DNA of 64,000 nt from Curvularia clavata (taxonomy: Eukaryota). The DNA is taken from assembly GCA_023920165.1 (NCBI GenBank), contig CP089278.1:496001-560000 (forward strand), written 5' to 3'. The notes below the pieces were generated by a model, which did not search any database, was not told the DNA's origin, and saw only the letters and a program-made list of their open reading frames with translations. Positions 35,166 through 47,233 of this stretch are shown here, in pieces. Each line of letters begins with the position of its first letter. Position 1 is the first letter of the stretch. A program made the translations under genes and the position numbers.

Positions 35166-36992
35166 ATGGCGGTACCTAAACGTGTGCTTCTGGTTACGGC
35201 GGCGGCGTACGCTTTTTTCAGTGCGAGGTATGCACCTGACGCAGCGCCGTTCGCCGCAAAGAGTTATGGAAAGAATACCGTGGCGGTATTTGCGCTGCTG
35301 TATTTTGTGCAGCTGATCTGGGGGATACTGATTTATCCTTTGTTTTTGACGCCGTTGAGAAAGCTACCGACGCCCAAGGTGAGTTTGTATCAGATGCATG
35401 GAGGGGTGGGGGGTCAAAGGGGGTGGTGAGGACGTGTGATTTCGAGGGTCTTCTCGATTCGCGGGATTCTTCTCAAGAGGAAGACGCTCTGCTGACGGGT
35501 TGTTTGTCATAGGAATCGCATTTTCTGCTGGGCCACTTTGGTAGGATCTACAAGGAACCCACGGGTGAGCCGCAGAGAGATTGGATCGATAATATACCCA
35601 ACGATGGTGTTTTGTACTATCGATGGCTGTTCAATGAGCCAAGAGTCATGGTAACGACGCCAAAGGCGATAGGTGAGGTCCTGGTGCACAGGAGTTATGA
35701 CTTTATCAAGCCAGCAAGATTGAGGAATGGCTTGGGGAGAATCCTCGGTGTTGGCATTTTGCTTGCAGAGGGGGATGAGCACAAGGTATGTTTCCCAACC
35801 AACCCTTATTCCCAGTTTCGCAATTGGTTGCGATACTAAACTACACCAGCGCCAAAGAAAACTGCTCATGCCCGCTTTCAACTTCCGCCATGTCAAGGAC
35901 CTGTACCCGATTTTCTGGGGCAAATCCCAACAAATGGTGAATAGCATCTCTGAAGCAATCAAGAGCGATCCCAGCGCATCCTCAGTCATTGAGATAGTAT
36001 CCTGGTCCTCCCGCGCCACACTCGACATCATCGGCGTTGCCGGCGTGGGCAAAGACTTCGATGCGCTTACTAACCCAGACACTGAACTCAACGAAACATA
36101 CCGCCAGATTTTCGCTAGCAACCGCGGCGCGAGACTTGTCCAGGTCCTCCTCGGATTGCTCCCCCACTGGGTCGCCGTCAATCTACCCCTAAAGCAGAAC
36201 GACGAGATTGGAAACGCAGTGCGTACAATCAAAAACGTAGCCAGAGATCTCATCCGCTCAAAGCGCGAAAAACTGCAAAAGGGAGAAGAAAAAGGTCTGG
36301 ATATTCTCAGTGTAGCCATGGAATCCGGTGGTTTCACCGATGAGGATTTAGTGAACCAGCTCATGACTTTCCTTGCCGCGGGCCACGAAACCACTGCCTC
36401 GGCAGTATCCTGGGTTGTCTACATCCTATGCCGACACCCTGAAGTACAGAAACGGCTCAGAGAAGAAATTCATCAAGGACTACCTGCAGCACTAGAAGAT
36501 GGCGGCCAAATCTCCTCGACAGAAATTGATCGCCTACCGTATTTGAACGCCGTCTTACAAGAAACCATGCGTGTCTACCCACCTGTACCGCTTACACTGC
36601 GCGAAACCGCACACGATACCACGATTCAATCACAGTTCGTCCCCGCAGGCACCACTGTAGTCATCTGTCCCTGGGCCGTCAACACCTCCAAGCATCTCTG
36701 GGGTCCGGACGCTCGTGAATTCAACCCAGACCGCTGGATGCAGCCTGGTACGGCCAACACGGGTGGCGCCGAGAGCAACTATGCCACCACGACGTTTTTG
36801 CACGGCCCCAGGAGCTGCATAGGTAAAGACTTTGCCAAGGCAGAGTTTGCGTGCTTGGTGGCTGCGTTCGTAGGCAGGTTTGAGTTTGAGTTTGAGGATC
36901 CTGACTATAAGGTGGAGATCCAGGGCGGTATTACGTCAAAGCCGAAGGGTGGGCTGAAGATTAGGTTGAGGGATGTTAGGGACGCATCGTAA
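35166..36992 (+). CDS. Cytochrome P450 monooxygenase. Exons 35166-35378, 35513-35785, 35850-36992.
   Basis: N-terminal membrane anchor, I-helix AAGHETT, ETMR (ExxR), FNPDRW and heme motif FLHGPRSCIG. Canonical introns at 35379-35512 and 35786-35849. Confidence 0.95.
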
Positions 36993-37565
36993 AATTGGAA
37001 GATATAGGTGGGGCGTTCACGACGTCATGATTCTGGGTGTTGTTGTGTACTCTAAGCTTGTTGGGGTTTTGTATTCTCCGCTATCGTTGCGTTAACATCA
37101 AGTATGATATTTAGAGGCCAAGTTTCGTTGTACATAGCTATATGGTTTCGTCTCGCATTCCTCTCTGAACGTATGAGTGAAAGTAAAACACTCTCCATAG
37201 ATGTCGAGAACAGCACACGGTACGATGCCTGTTCCGCGCCTTTACTCACTGACAAATTGATTCAAGCTTGCAATAACAAGCGTGCGCATTATATCAAGTA
37301 CAAGCATTGCAGTTCTTTCTGAAGAGAAAAAATCCATTCTATTTTCTCAAAAAGACCACCGTCCCCAGCAACCCACGAGTCCTCAAGAATCTAAAGCAGA
37401 AACTCTAGGTTCACAAAGCACTCTAAGATAATACCAAGCGAGCGTAACAGGCAAATAACCAAATCCCATGTTAACGAAAGTCCAATTTCCCCCTCAACCC
37501 GTCCTCAACCGCTCATTCCCCACAGACATCAAAACCCTCGTAGCCCCTTCGCCCAATCCGCGAAT

Positions 37566-37965
37566 CTAAGCGCAATAATCCGGGTTTCCCTTTCCGCCAT
37601 CAACACAGTTTCCACAAGGCCTACGTCCATTAATCCAGACAAGCGCATCCCCCGAGCCACCGCATTTGAACAGCGACTTGTCAATCTGGTCAGGCGCAGG
37701 GTACTGGCCGTCGTTCCAGCTGCTAGCGAGGCACTTGCTTTGGATTTCATTGTTGGTCCAGCCTGTCTTTCTCCGTTAGGGAAAAAACTCTAATGAGGGA
37801 ATGGGAGTGGGTTGGAGTGAGGTAAGGATGTGTCAGGGGAGAGGACGTACCGCGTCCGTTCTTGAGCGTCTTGCCGCAGTAGAGTTGGTTGGTGTCGCAT
37901 TTCGAGGCCGATGCAGTGATGGCGAGAGTGAGGCCGAGGGAAGCGAGGGCGGCGAAGGAGACCAT
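37566..37965 (-). CDS. Small secreted cysteine-rich protein (effector candidate), 103 aa. Exons 37965-37851 and 37762-37566.
   Basis: Signal peptide MVSFAALASLGLTLAITASA. Intron 37763-37850 (GTACGT...CTAAC...CAG). Mature part SKCDTNQLYCGKTL...SLFKCGGSGDALVWINGRRPCGNCVDGGKGNPDYCA, with 7 Cys in total. Confidence 0.85.
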
Positions 37966-38887
37966 TGTGGTTTTCGTTGGGGGTTTGGGTTCGTAAGGGT
38001 GGAAAGTGCTGTTGGAGTTGGAACGATGCTTGTTAAGCTGGTGGTGAACTTTATCCCGAAGTATCGTCAGGTTCTTATACCTCTTTACTCTTGCATTCTG
38101 AGTGCTCGATACTGCTATCGAGGTGTTCCACATCGTACGATGTTGGTGCTTCTACAAGACGCATGTTCAGCTGCGTGAGGGCATCGCAGTGCAGCTGTCC
38201 GTAAGACATCGGCGACTGAGGTATATTCTTTAGGAAGTCGAGATTGAAAGAGTGGGTCGAAGTTCCTTGGGATACGCGATGTGTTGGAGAGGTGTAGCAT
38301 TTGTTGTACCAGCTGAAGTAAGCGAGCGTTGTAGGTACGCTCCACTTGAGCGCTTTTTGAACCAGCTGAAACCAGGGTCTCATTCCACGTTACGCTTCTC
38401 AGGCTAAGCTTTATATTAATTTTACCAAGCTGGCAATTGTTGGTTACATCACGCCATCTACATGCTGCCAAAATGCTAGATGCGGTTGACGAATAGACTA
38501 TTTTGCTGGAATGTGTATTGGAGTAGTAGTACAGACTCCATTTTAATTCTCATAGTAGCCTAGTGCATCTTTACTATCTTGTACATATAACTTGCACTCG
38601 CTGGTTACTTGACAATAACCAACTCTTTGCACTTCTGCTTTACATTCAGTTCCCATGCTATACGCCTCCTGCTCTTTTCATATCCCAGGAATGCTATACG
38701 CCCCATGGATGGGCACGAACCACACTCTGAGTCTAGAAGTGTCACAATCGAAAGTGTCTTGTTCAAAGTACAATCAGAGCCTGCAGGTGAAGTATCATTT
38801 TTCTTCGTATAAAACCGAGGTCCAAGACTGTCACATTCACACCTCCAAGCTCGACGCTCTACCCAAGCAATCCTATACTTCCCATTT

Positions 38888-39475
38888 TCACAACTCATCC
38901 TTCCCACCATTCCAACCATCCCCCACACCCCTCATCCACTGCACACCCACGAGCTTCAACCCCTTCTTTGCCACGACCTCCTCGGCCCTAAAGCTCCTCC
39001 GCTCCACAAACTCTTCGCCCCCTATCTCTTCCTTTTGCAGGATCTGACCCTCCTTCTCCTCAAAAAGTAGAAACAGGTACCGATGTGGGCCACTCTCGTC
39101 TTTGGGGCCAGGCGCCAGATACTGTGTCAGCGTCTTCCCGCTCGCAGTAATATCCTGTACTGAAGCTTCAGATAGAGAGGGGATAGAAGTTACGACCCAA
39201 TGGCGCCAGTAACCGAATTTTGGGTCGTCTGGGGTGGGCGCGTCGGGATCAATCATCATGAATGTGTACGTTGACGTTGAGGCTGCTGGGGCTGAGGAGA
39301 TAGAAATGAGGGGTTGTTCTTTGACCTGGCTGACGCGTGCGAGACTGCCATTTTCCGGTACGAGACCGGAGGGAAATTTAACAGATAAGTTGATGGTGGG
39401 TACGAAGGAAGAGGGGATGATGGCGGAGGGGAGGAGGTTTGCGCTTTTCAGCGAGTCGACGAGTGAGATGGCCAT
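38888..39475 (-). CDS. Phosphatidylethanolamine-binding protein (PEBP/RKIP/Tfs1 family)
   Basis: Motifs MIDPDAP, WRHW, YLAPGP and GPHRYLFLL. Likely start is MAISLVDSL at 39475; the longer ORF-track start looks like UTR. Confidence 0.9.
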   Translation of the reverse strand: MAISLVDSLKSANLLPSAIIPSSFVPTINLSVKFPSGLVPENGSLARVSQVKEQPLISISSAPAASTSTYTFMMIDPDAPTPDDPKFGYWRHWVVTSIPSLSEASVQDITASGKTLTQYLAPGPKDESGPHRYLFLLFEEKEGQILQKEEIGGEEFVERRSFRAEEVVAKKGLKLVGVQWMRGVGDGWNGGKDEL

Positions 39476-42192
39476 AGTGATGTTTTTGAATGTTTTTCTT
39501 CTGAACTGTAAGATGTGAGGGGAGAATTCAGAGCCTTTATTTATGAGTTCGGTGCATTGGTAGATGTAGTTTTGATGCGTGATCGAGGCGGAGGCGGATG
39601 ATTGGTGGATAAACATGGATTTCGCTTGGTACTCCGCCCCAGTATCCGCTTCAGCTTGGCATTCACTCAGATGGGCAAAGGTTCGGTATAAGATGACCAA
39701 CAGCGAGTGGGGTTGAGGGTTTTTATATATTTTCACCAACTGTCGTCATGTTTGACATTTGAGATTTCGCCAGGGAACATCAGGCGAACATGAAACCTTC
39801 TCGACAACATCTCAACAAAATGAATAGTATGGATGAGCTCTGGTACCAGCAGTCTTAGATAGGCAGTAAGTGTACTGTTGCCTTACTTCTCATAAGCCTG
39901 ATATCTTGTCAAATATCAAACCAAGTGTCTGAAGATGTGGATTCAAAAACCAAGGCTGGAAATAATGCAAGAAATCAATCGCTAAAATACACGAATAGCC
40001 TACGTCTCACAACTTATGCCTCTGGAAGCTCATTTTCACATATGGCATTTTTGTCAATGGTAGCGAGAAGAGACGTCCAGACCGACGCCAAGCTCTGCGC
40101 AATGTTGGCAACAACTTCAGCCTTGTCTCGACTTGAGATATGAGATTTCGCAGAGCCTCATATTTGCTAGCAAATGTTGACACAACCCCATTCATATATC
40201 CGTGTTGCTCATGCCTTTGGGAAACGTTACTTAAAGCTGCTGGAGAAGCCACCAAGGCTGCGAACTTGTCATTATCGCGTACAACTCTGAGTATAAGATT
40301 ATTTCGCACAGTGTTAATATTTTGACTCCGTCAATCCATTGAATCCACTGACGTTCTTTAAAAAGTATTTCTTGATACCTACCTTGAGCTAACATGACAG
40401 CAATACCATCTCGACGAACACTACACTGAGGCCAACACGGAGCATACCCGCTGACTTCCGTTCGACAATTCAATCATTGTTATTCAAAGTTACCCCGAAT
40501 CTAATGACATGAAATCCCAACCATCTTTTCAAAATCGAGCCCAAAGTTCTAGCCGGCGCACCCTCCGGAGCCTTTGCCGAGTCCGCACTCAACCTTATGC
40601 AGAACAACAGCGGCAACGCTTCTGGTCTCTTACGCCGACGACTGACCTTTCTTCCACATCCTCGTCTACATGGCCTCGACCAACTCGGACCACGATAAAA
40701 CCGCGTAATGAACAGCTCACAACTTCCTAGGCGCCCGATCCCAACCTGCCAAGCAAACTCGGCGCATATACAACGGTTACATGGCCTATAGCCCATACAA
40801 TAACAGCCCATTATTTCCGGTCCACGGGGTTGACAGCGTGGCAAGACCAAGCCCATCGGTCTCGATCCCGTACCGATCCCCAGGGGTCTATGTAAGCTCC
40901 AGATATTGGCATCCGGTATACCAGCAACTCGATATTGGGCGTCGGAGTCTCCATTTGGCGCCGGACGGCGTCCCACAAGACCCAAAAAGTGGAGCAGGTG
41001 CCGCTTTAGCAACACGCACGACATCTATGACGAGTCGGGGGTGGAAACGATAGCGCACGCTCAACAGGTGATATGTGGGGACCTATACCAAAAGGTACGG
41101 GGAAAGAAAAGGATGGGGAAAAAAAGGGAAAAAGAGGCAAGTCAGCGTTGCCACGCAGTCAATATCTCACTCGATGTATGGAAATACAGTTCTTATTTCC
41201 TAGAACGATACGCCTCTATGCTTTTCTCGTCTGACACTGCATAATGTTGGCCCTTAGTGTCTGAGAAAACAGCACACTTATCATGCTACATGCACGTCTT
41301 ATTCTCCACAGCGGACGCTCTAGACTCTCTTTGCTGCTGTCTTGCATTATTGTCCGTCCCAACACTACGGTACTGCCACTTTCCTCACTAAGGTTTTCTG
41401 CCACTTTTCCCACTATCTGCACGTTATCCTGGAAGTCCGAGGGCCGGGGGCTGGCTGGTTGGGGGGTGATTATCTGCACGTTAGAGTTTGTGTATACATA
41501 CATGTTGTATGCGTATGCATGTGGGGAAGGGGCAGAATTCCGGTATGGGCTTAGACACAGATGACACGTCGATGTATCAGTGCCAAAGTAGTTCAGAAGA
41601 CGAGATAGTGGTGGTGGAGGGGAAGTGGAGAAGCGGTGAAGCAGGGGTGGTGTACATGAGTGTGCGAGTCAGTAGCACTGGGGTGCATAAAGTGACATGT
41701 AGGGAGATGTGCAAACGGTATGCACATCTCCCGTGGACCTGACTTGTCAGCAGTAAGGTAGTGGTGGTATGGCAAGTCTAAGACTGTTTCATGCTCATGT
41801 ATCCACAGAACATCACATAAGCAAAGATGTTTCTCTAAAAGGTAGAAAAGGTGATTGTTTTTTCTATACATAAAGTTCCAAAAAAAAGGCTCCCAATAAA
41901 CTCGGATATTTTTCGCTGTTCGCTCATCGCTATGCATGTTGCAATTGAATGCTTTGTCGCTCTTTCTAGAATATGACTTGGAGGATCCCAGTAAACGGCT
42001 TTACAAGAAAGGAAGAAAATGTACTCGTCAACGCCCCTTTTCCTGTCCCCATATGTGCAAGTTGGATTCGTATCATTAGTGTCGTAGCAATCCGGTGATT
42101 GCTGGTCTTCGTCGGTAGTCTGTAGTCTTCGTGTCCCGTTTTCTCTTGACGTGTGTATCGTGTTGTGGTGATCTTTCTGATCACGAGCTGTA

Positions 42193-42513
42193 TCAGGTAA
42201 TGATGCTGACTCGTTGTTGAAAGTTGCCAGACATGTTGGTCATAAAGTTTCGCTGTCTAAGAATGCGTCGAGATGGCAGTTCTTCAGGCTTCATTTGTCG
42301 GGCTGGCTGGGTTGGAGCAGTTGGGCGTCTCTGGTGCAGAGTAGGTTTGGGTAATGGGCTCGCAAATGTTGCGGTGCGTCTTCCAGTCCGACTTTTGGCA
42401 GTTGCGGTCACAGTAGTATGCGGCCTTGCAGCGGGAGCAGCGGCGGCGTGCAGGTTGACAGGAGCATGTTGTGCAGGCTGTTGCGTGTTAGTAAAGTGTC
42501 TTTGGTATGTCAT
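42193..42513 (-). CDS. Possible small basic disordered hypothetical protein
   Basis: 106-aa ATG ORF with an Ala/Pro/Thr/Arg composition like fungal orphan proteins. No domain recognised. Confidence 0.3.
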   Translation of the reverse strand: MTYQRHFTNTQQPAQHAPVNLHAAAAPAARPHTTVTATAKSRTGRRTATFASPLPKPTLHQRRPTAPTQPARQMKPEELPSRRILRQRNFMTNMSGNFQQRVSIIT

Positions 42514-45500
42514 CGTCCTGTCTGATGTATAAACATGTCGTGGTGTTAGGCCTCAGAAGCGGACCCCATGGGAGTGGGTAAAGTGGATCACCGCATGCGC
42601 GCTAACGCATTGCAGCCAATCAAAGCGGGCTCCTGCATCCCACCCACATGGCAACTGGGGATCAAAGATAAATAAAGATATAACAACTTACGCTTGCTTG
42701 CCAAAGCGCCGTTCAGACTCTCGGTGCTGGCCATGGGACGCAGTGAGTGAAAGAGATCGCGGTTGAAGGCCGGAGGAGGCGAAGTTGAGTTGGATGCAGA
42801 TTGCGGCGTGATAGACCCATTGGACGTGCTTCTTGGAATGTCTGCAAATATGTTAATACACTTTACAATTAAGTTGCTGCGACGTGCAATCGCGTGTGGC
42901 AGTTAAACGTACCACCCATTGCGCTATCTCGTCTCTCCAACATGGGGTTTCTGGTGTTCACCGCTCCATTGCTCTCGCCAAGACTGTGTGTAAACACATT
43001 CAAACAGACACTTCGTGGTGGCATTTCCTCGCTTTTTCTTGTGGCGTTTCTTCTGTTCCGGTAGATGCTGGGTTGGGTTTGAAAGGGACTTGAGGAGAAG
43101 AAGGGAGTAGTGGTATTTCAAGCAAAATCTGTCGCCGCTCAAAGTTTCGGTGAAAAGCGGTGTGAGGTGGAGAGCACAGATCGCAAACTAGCCCAGGAAC
43201 AGGCTAAGGCTTACCGAGTGCTGAAACGCGCGGTCAGGTGTCTCAGCTCTGGGTGATTCGACTTGGACGTATGAACTTCGAGAATACTTGTAGCAGTTGC
43301 TTTTTTGTCGCAAAAAAGCGTGCTTGTTGAGGTGCTAGGGGGCGCGGAGGCGTTGTTCCGGATTGCCAATTGCACATCTTGACGAGGGCGCGATTGGCGA
43401 TCTGCAAAACAAAATCTCCGAGTGCGTGCAACATCGATCGCATACGGGGTCCAGTTGCTGTACTGCAACTGCAAAGGGAAACGGTGAGACCGCCAGTTTG
43501 TGGGGTAGCAGTCAGCGGCTCACCGACCCTCGTGGCATTTGGACGCGTACGGATAAGCACAGCTGATAGTGCATCCAGTGTTCGCCGCCTGTTTAGCATG
43601 ACCGCCTTGCAACAACATTATCTGGTACGGCTTATCGCACCGCCAGTCTAGTGTCCAGCTGCCATTGGGCTGTCTACAAACCTAAAACCCCCGCATCGCT
43701 CAACGCGCCGCGCATCCGAGAAGCCGTCGACGGTCAAGGAGGTGGAACCAGTTTACGACTGGAGGTGAGTGACTACAAGACTTGTTTGTGTCGAATGTTT
43801 AGATAAGCAGTTTAGCTGATGAATGGCCAAGAAACCGGTGAAGTTGAACCACTCCACCACAGCTGATGCTGAGAAAGAGCTGGATGAGAGGTGAATGACA
43901 TCAGCAAACAAGCTGCGCGCTGCACCAACTGCACGAGCGGTACTACAACGGCTGAGTTGGGAGTTGGCATCTGTTGAGTTTGTGGTTGTGAAGATCGGAA
44001 ATCACGAGTGAATGTCAGGTACCGTCACGTGACTCGCGATTGGAAACACGGCCAACCGTGGTACACGGACTTGTCATGCCAGCGACACACATTCCACTGG
44101 GTACACCCCTCAACATGCTGTTTGTTTCAATGAACTATGGTTGACTGGGATGCTGTATAGGGCTAGAAACCGGTGAGCTTCCAACGGTTCGCATCCAGCT
44201 GGTGGGCGCAGTTGCTGCCTGAAATTGCACAGCCATGATAGGGCAATGGAATGCTACTCCGAAGGCGGCAGAACTATTACTCTATCCCCAGTCACCCGCC
44301 GTCACCCGCCGTCAACCAAAGTCTACCACATGACGATCTGGTGTCCCAGGAACTCGAAAAGGCATATTCGTTTTGAGGGGCTTCACCGGGGGATGAGCCG
44401 AAAAACGCCTGGCCGAAGGCATCCAAGACAGGTACCGTTGAGGAGCGTTGGACGCTTCGCTTACTGTTACAAACCATAATCTCACTCTATACGCAGTATT
44501 CCAATCACCTCAGAATTGAGGCTGCTGGTCTATCGTCATTGCGAGCAACCCATCTGGCGCCACATGGTGTGGCGCTAGAAGCATGTCGGCGGCGAACGGG
44601 TGTCAGCCGGCATGCGTGCAGGGCTTGAAAGAGGGTCTCCGTAGGGCAGAAGGGCTAGCGGAGAGAGAAGCAAGTCACGATGGGGTTTTTCTGTCGTTGT
44701 TAGCTGCAGTGTGTGGCGGCGCAGTGGTTCGCATGGACCGCAGTTCGCTAGGCATGCATCTGTCAACGGGTATAGTGGGTGATGGCTGCGCTAGGAGCCA
44801 TCCAAAGTCAGCTAGAAGCTCGTATGGAGGTTGACAGTCCGGAAAGATTGGCCGGGGGATGAGACAGAGCGACCGAGTGTGCGAGTGCTGCGCCCTACGT
44901 ACGGGGCGAGCCGACAAGCCAAAGGAAGGGCGGAGTCATAGGGCAAAGGCAGACGAACCATGGACGTGCTCTCTTGGGCAGCTTTTTGGTCAATTGAGTC
45001 ACGTATGGCAGAATTCAAAGACTGTGTGTGCGAGAATGGACAGCAAAAACAATTTTGGCTTGATTGGCTGAGAATGCACGGTAGAGATTTTATTGTTTCG
45101 TGTACCAGATGGGCAGAGTGTCGAGCAGAAGTCGGTAGGTGCCACGTCCGAGTGGGCCGACGGGCGAACTGGTCTGCCAGCAGGGCAGCGTGGTCGACAG
45201 TCACCAGAGGGGCCCAATTGACTCTGGCTGTGGGGCAGCAAAAATCCGGTGAGACGAGACCAGCAAGGACAGAGGCGCGATAGGGTGGGTAGCGCCATGC
45301 ATGTCGCTGTCGCGCGCCGGCAGCTGTGGAGTGGCAGGGTGCGCCGATGACTGTTTCGAGGCCACGCAGCCGTGGCTCGAGACCGGACGCCCTTGAGCGG
45401 CTCTGGTGGTGCGCACAAAGGGCACCGACGACGCTTCGCCTTTTTCCCCGGCTGTGTTTGCACTGTCGTGGCTGGTAGAGGTGGAGCGGGGTCGAGCAGC

Positions 45501-46504
45501 TGTCGCGCCGGCCGGTGTGAAGGAAGCGTCGAGTGCCGGTGGCATGACTGAGCTGGAAGCGTAGAGTCCAGCCAGACCTACAGCTACAACCTACACCTAC
45601 GTAGGCGTAGAGAATGTGCAAAAAAGGGCCTTGTGCAACTGTGCATAGCATGTGCACAAACTACCAGCTACAGATCACGTGAGCTGCAGTCAGTATGCGT
45701 TGAGATGTGTACTAGATGTAGTGTGGCTATGCAGTTGTGGGCGCTAGGCCCAGACGGGCATGGCGGAAGTGGCTGATGCCTCAAGGCAGCGCCAGGCAGC
45801 TGTCACCACCACCACCATGACGACGAACCGTCTACCCACCCCTACACGCTCTATTCTCAGCACTCGAGTGAGGTCACTCCCAGGTGTTTCCGTTCTCCCC
45901 TGCGACACGTTTCAGGAGTCGGTGCGGCGGCTGTTGATGCCCTCGCAGACCCCTTTGCTCGCAGCGGCCACGCACAGCGACTAGGGTACCAATCAGAAGG
46001 CACGCTGGCCGTGGGCATTCACTTTCTCTAACCGTCGGGCTAAAACACGTTTCTAGTGCAGTTCCCAAGACATCCAAGACACAGTCGTCATCTACGCACC
46101 CAAGGCCAGTTGCAGTCACCGCCCTCGCTAGCTCGCCATGGGCCCTAGTCGCTGCTGCTGCTAATCTAGCCCCTGCCCGATGGGCGCTGCCACCCCTGCC
46201 TAGCTCAGGCTTCCACCCACACCCAAGGCATGCAGCTGCTGGTAGTCTGGATACAACATATATTCCATGCCGCCCACGCCCACCATGGCTCCTCAGACCA
46301 AACCACCATTATACCCGCTGCACTCGCCCTTCGAGTCCACACCCGTACACACTACGCTCACACAACAACTACACACCACCTGCAACCCATTGTCCCTCCC
46401 ACCCGGAGAGTGACCCCATCGCTACTATACCCTACCTTGGCACAAACGTCACCACGGCGTCCCCAAGGTCCATACTGAAGAAGCCGCCAACTTCCTCGCC
46501 AAAG

Positions 46505-47233
46505 ATGCCGTCTGCACGCACAAACATGCCTACGGCCGTCCACACAAAGCCCGCCGTGGCCAAGAAGGAACGCGTGGTTGGCTTCTACGAAGATCCCGTC
46601 ATCTCTTTCTGCCGTCCTGTCAACACCTCCGAGAGCTGGGCCGCCTACCACTTCGAGATGCACGCCAGGAAGTGTGCCCACTGCCACAACCCCTACGAGG
46701 TCCACCGCAACCACGACCAGCTCTGTGATGTCGGCCACGCCCTCGCCCAGGACGTCGCCCGCTACATCTACCAAAAGTCCGACGGAGCCACCTACTCCAC
46801 CATGGAGGAGAACAATAAGCTCGTCCGCGTTGAGATCCCCGCCGGCTACGTCGAGGTCTGCAGCCTGCTCAAGGCCATTGAGCGTAGCCTCCGTCACCGA
46901 TCCCGCAAGCCATTCGTCTCCATGGACCGCAGCTACTACGTCGCTCCCCGCTCACCACCCTCGTCCCCACGACGAAGCCACACAGTCAAGGTTGAGCAGG
47001 AGCCCAAGTCAAAGACCAAGTCTTCTCGCGAGATTGTTGACTGGCCCCAACACACCACCAAGGCTAAGCGTCCTCTGGCCGAGATCAGCAACACCCCAAA
47101 CTCCAAGCGCGGCTCCCTCTACGAAGAGGACCTGGCCAAGCAGCGCCGCAACGCAAAGCACTACGCTGTCGAGGTCCGCGAGCCATCGTCCCGGGACCTC
47201 CGTGACCGCATTGCCTCTGACTACTACCGATGA
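46505..47233 (+). CDS. Hypothetical protein with an HxxxCxxC...CxxGH putative metal-binding motif and a basic C-terminus
   Basis: 242-aa ORF with very strong C-ending codon bias and a C/A-rich leader. Confidence 0.85.
   Translation: MPSARTNMPTAVHTKPAVAKKERVVGFYEDPVISFCRPVNTSESWAAYHFEMHARKCAHCHNPYEVHRNHDQLCDVGHALAQDVARYIYQKSDGATYSTMEENNKLVRVEIPAGYVEVCSLLKAIERSLRHRSRKPFVSMDRSYYVAPRSPPSSPRRSHTVKVEQEPKSKTKSSREIVDWPQHTTKAKRPLAEISNTPNSKRGSLYEEDLAKQRRNAKHYAVEVREPSSRDLRDRIASDYYR

Noticed and set aside
31802..39475. ABC transporter + P450 + secreted protein + PEBP as a secondary-metabolite cluster
   Set aside because: There is no backbone enzyme (PKS, NRPS, terpene synthase) or cluster regulator in the window, and the ABC protein is HMT1-type.
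40470..41244. Several 70-180-aa ORFs on both strands
   Set aside because: They lie in different frames, with no convincing splice sites joining them and no motifs.
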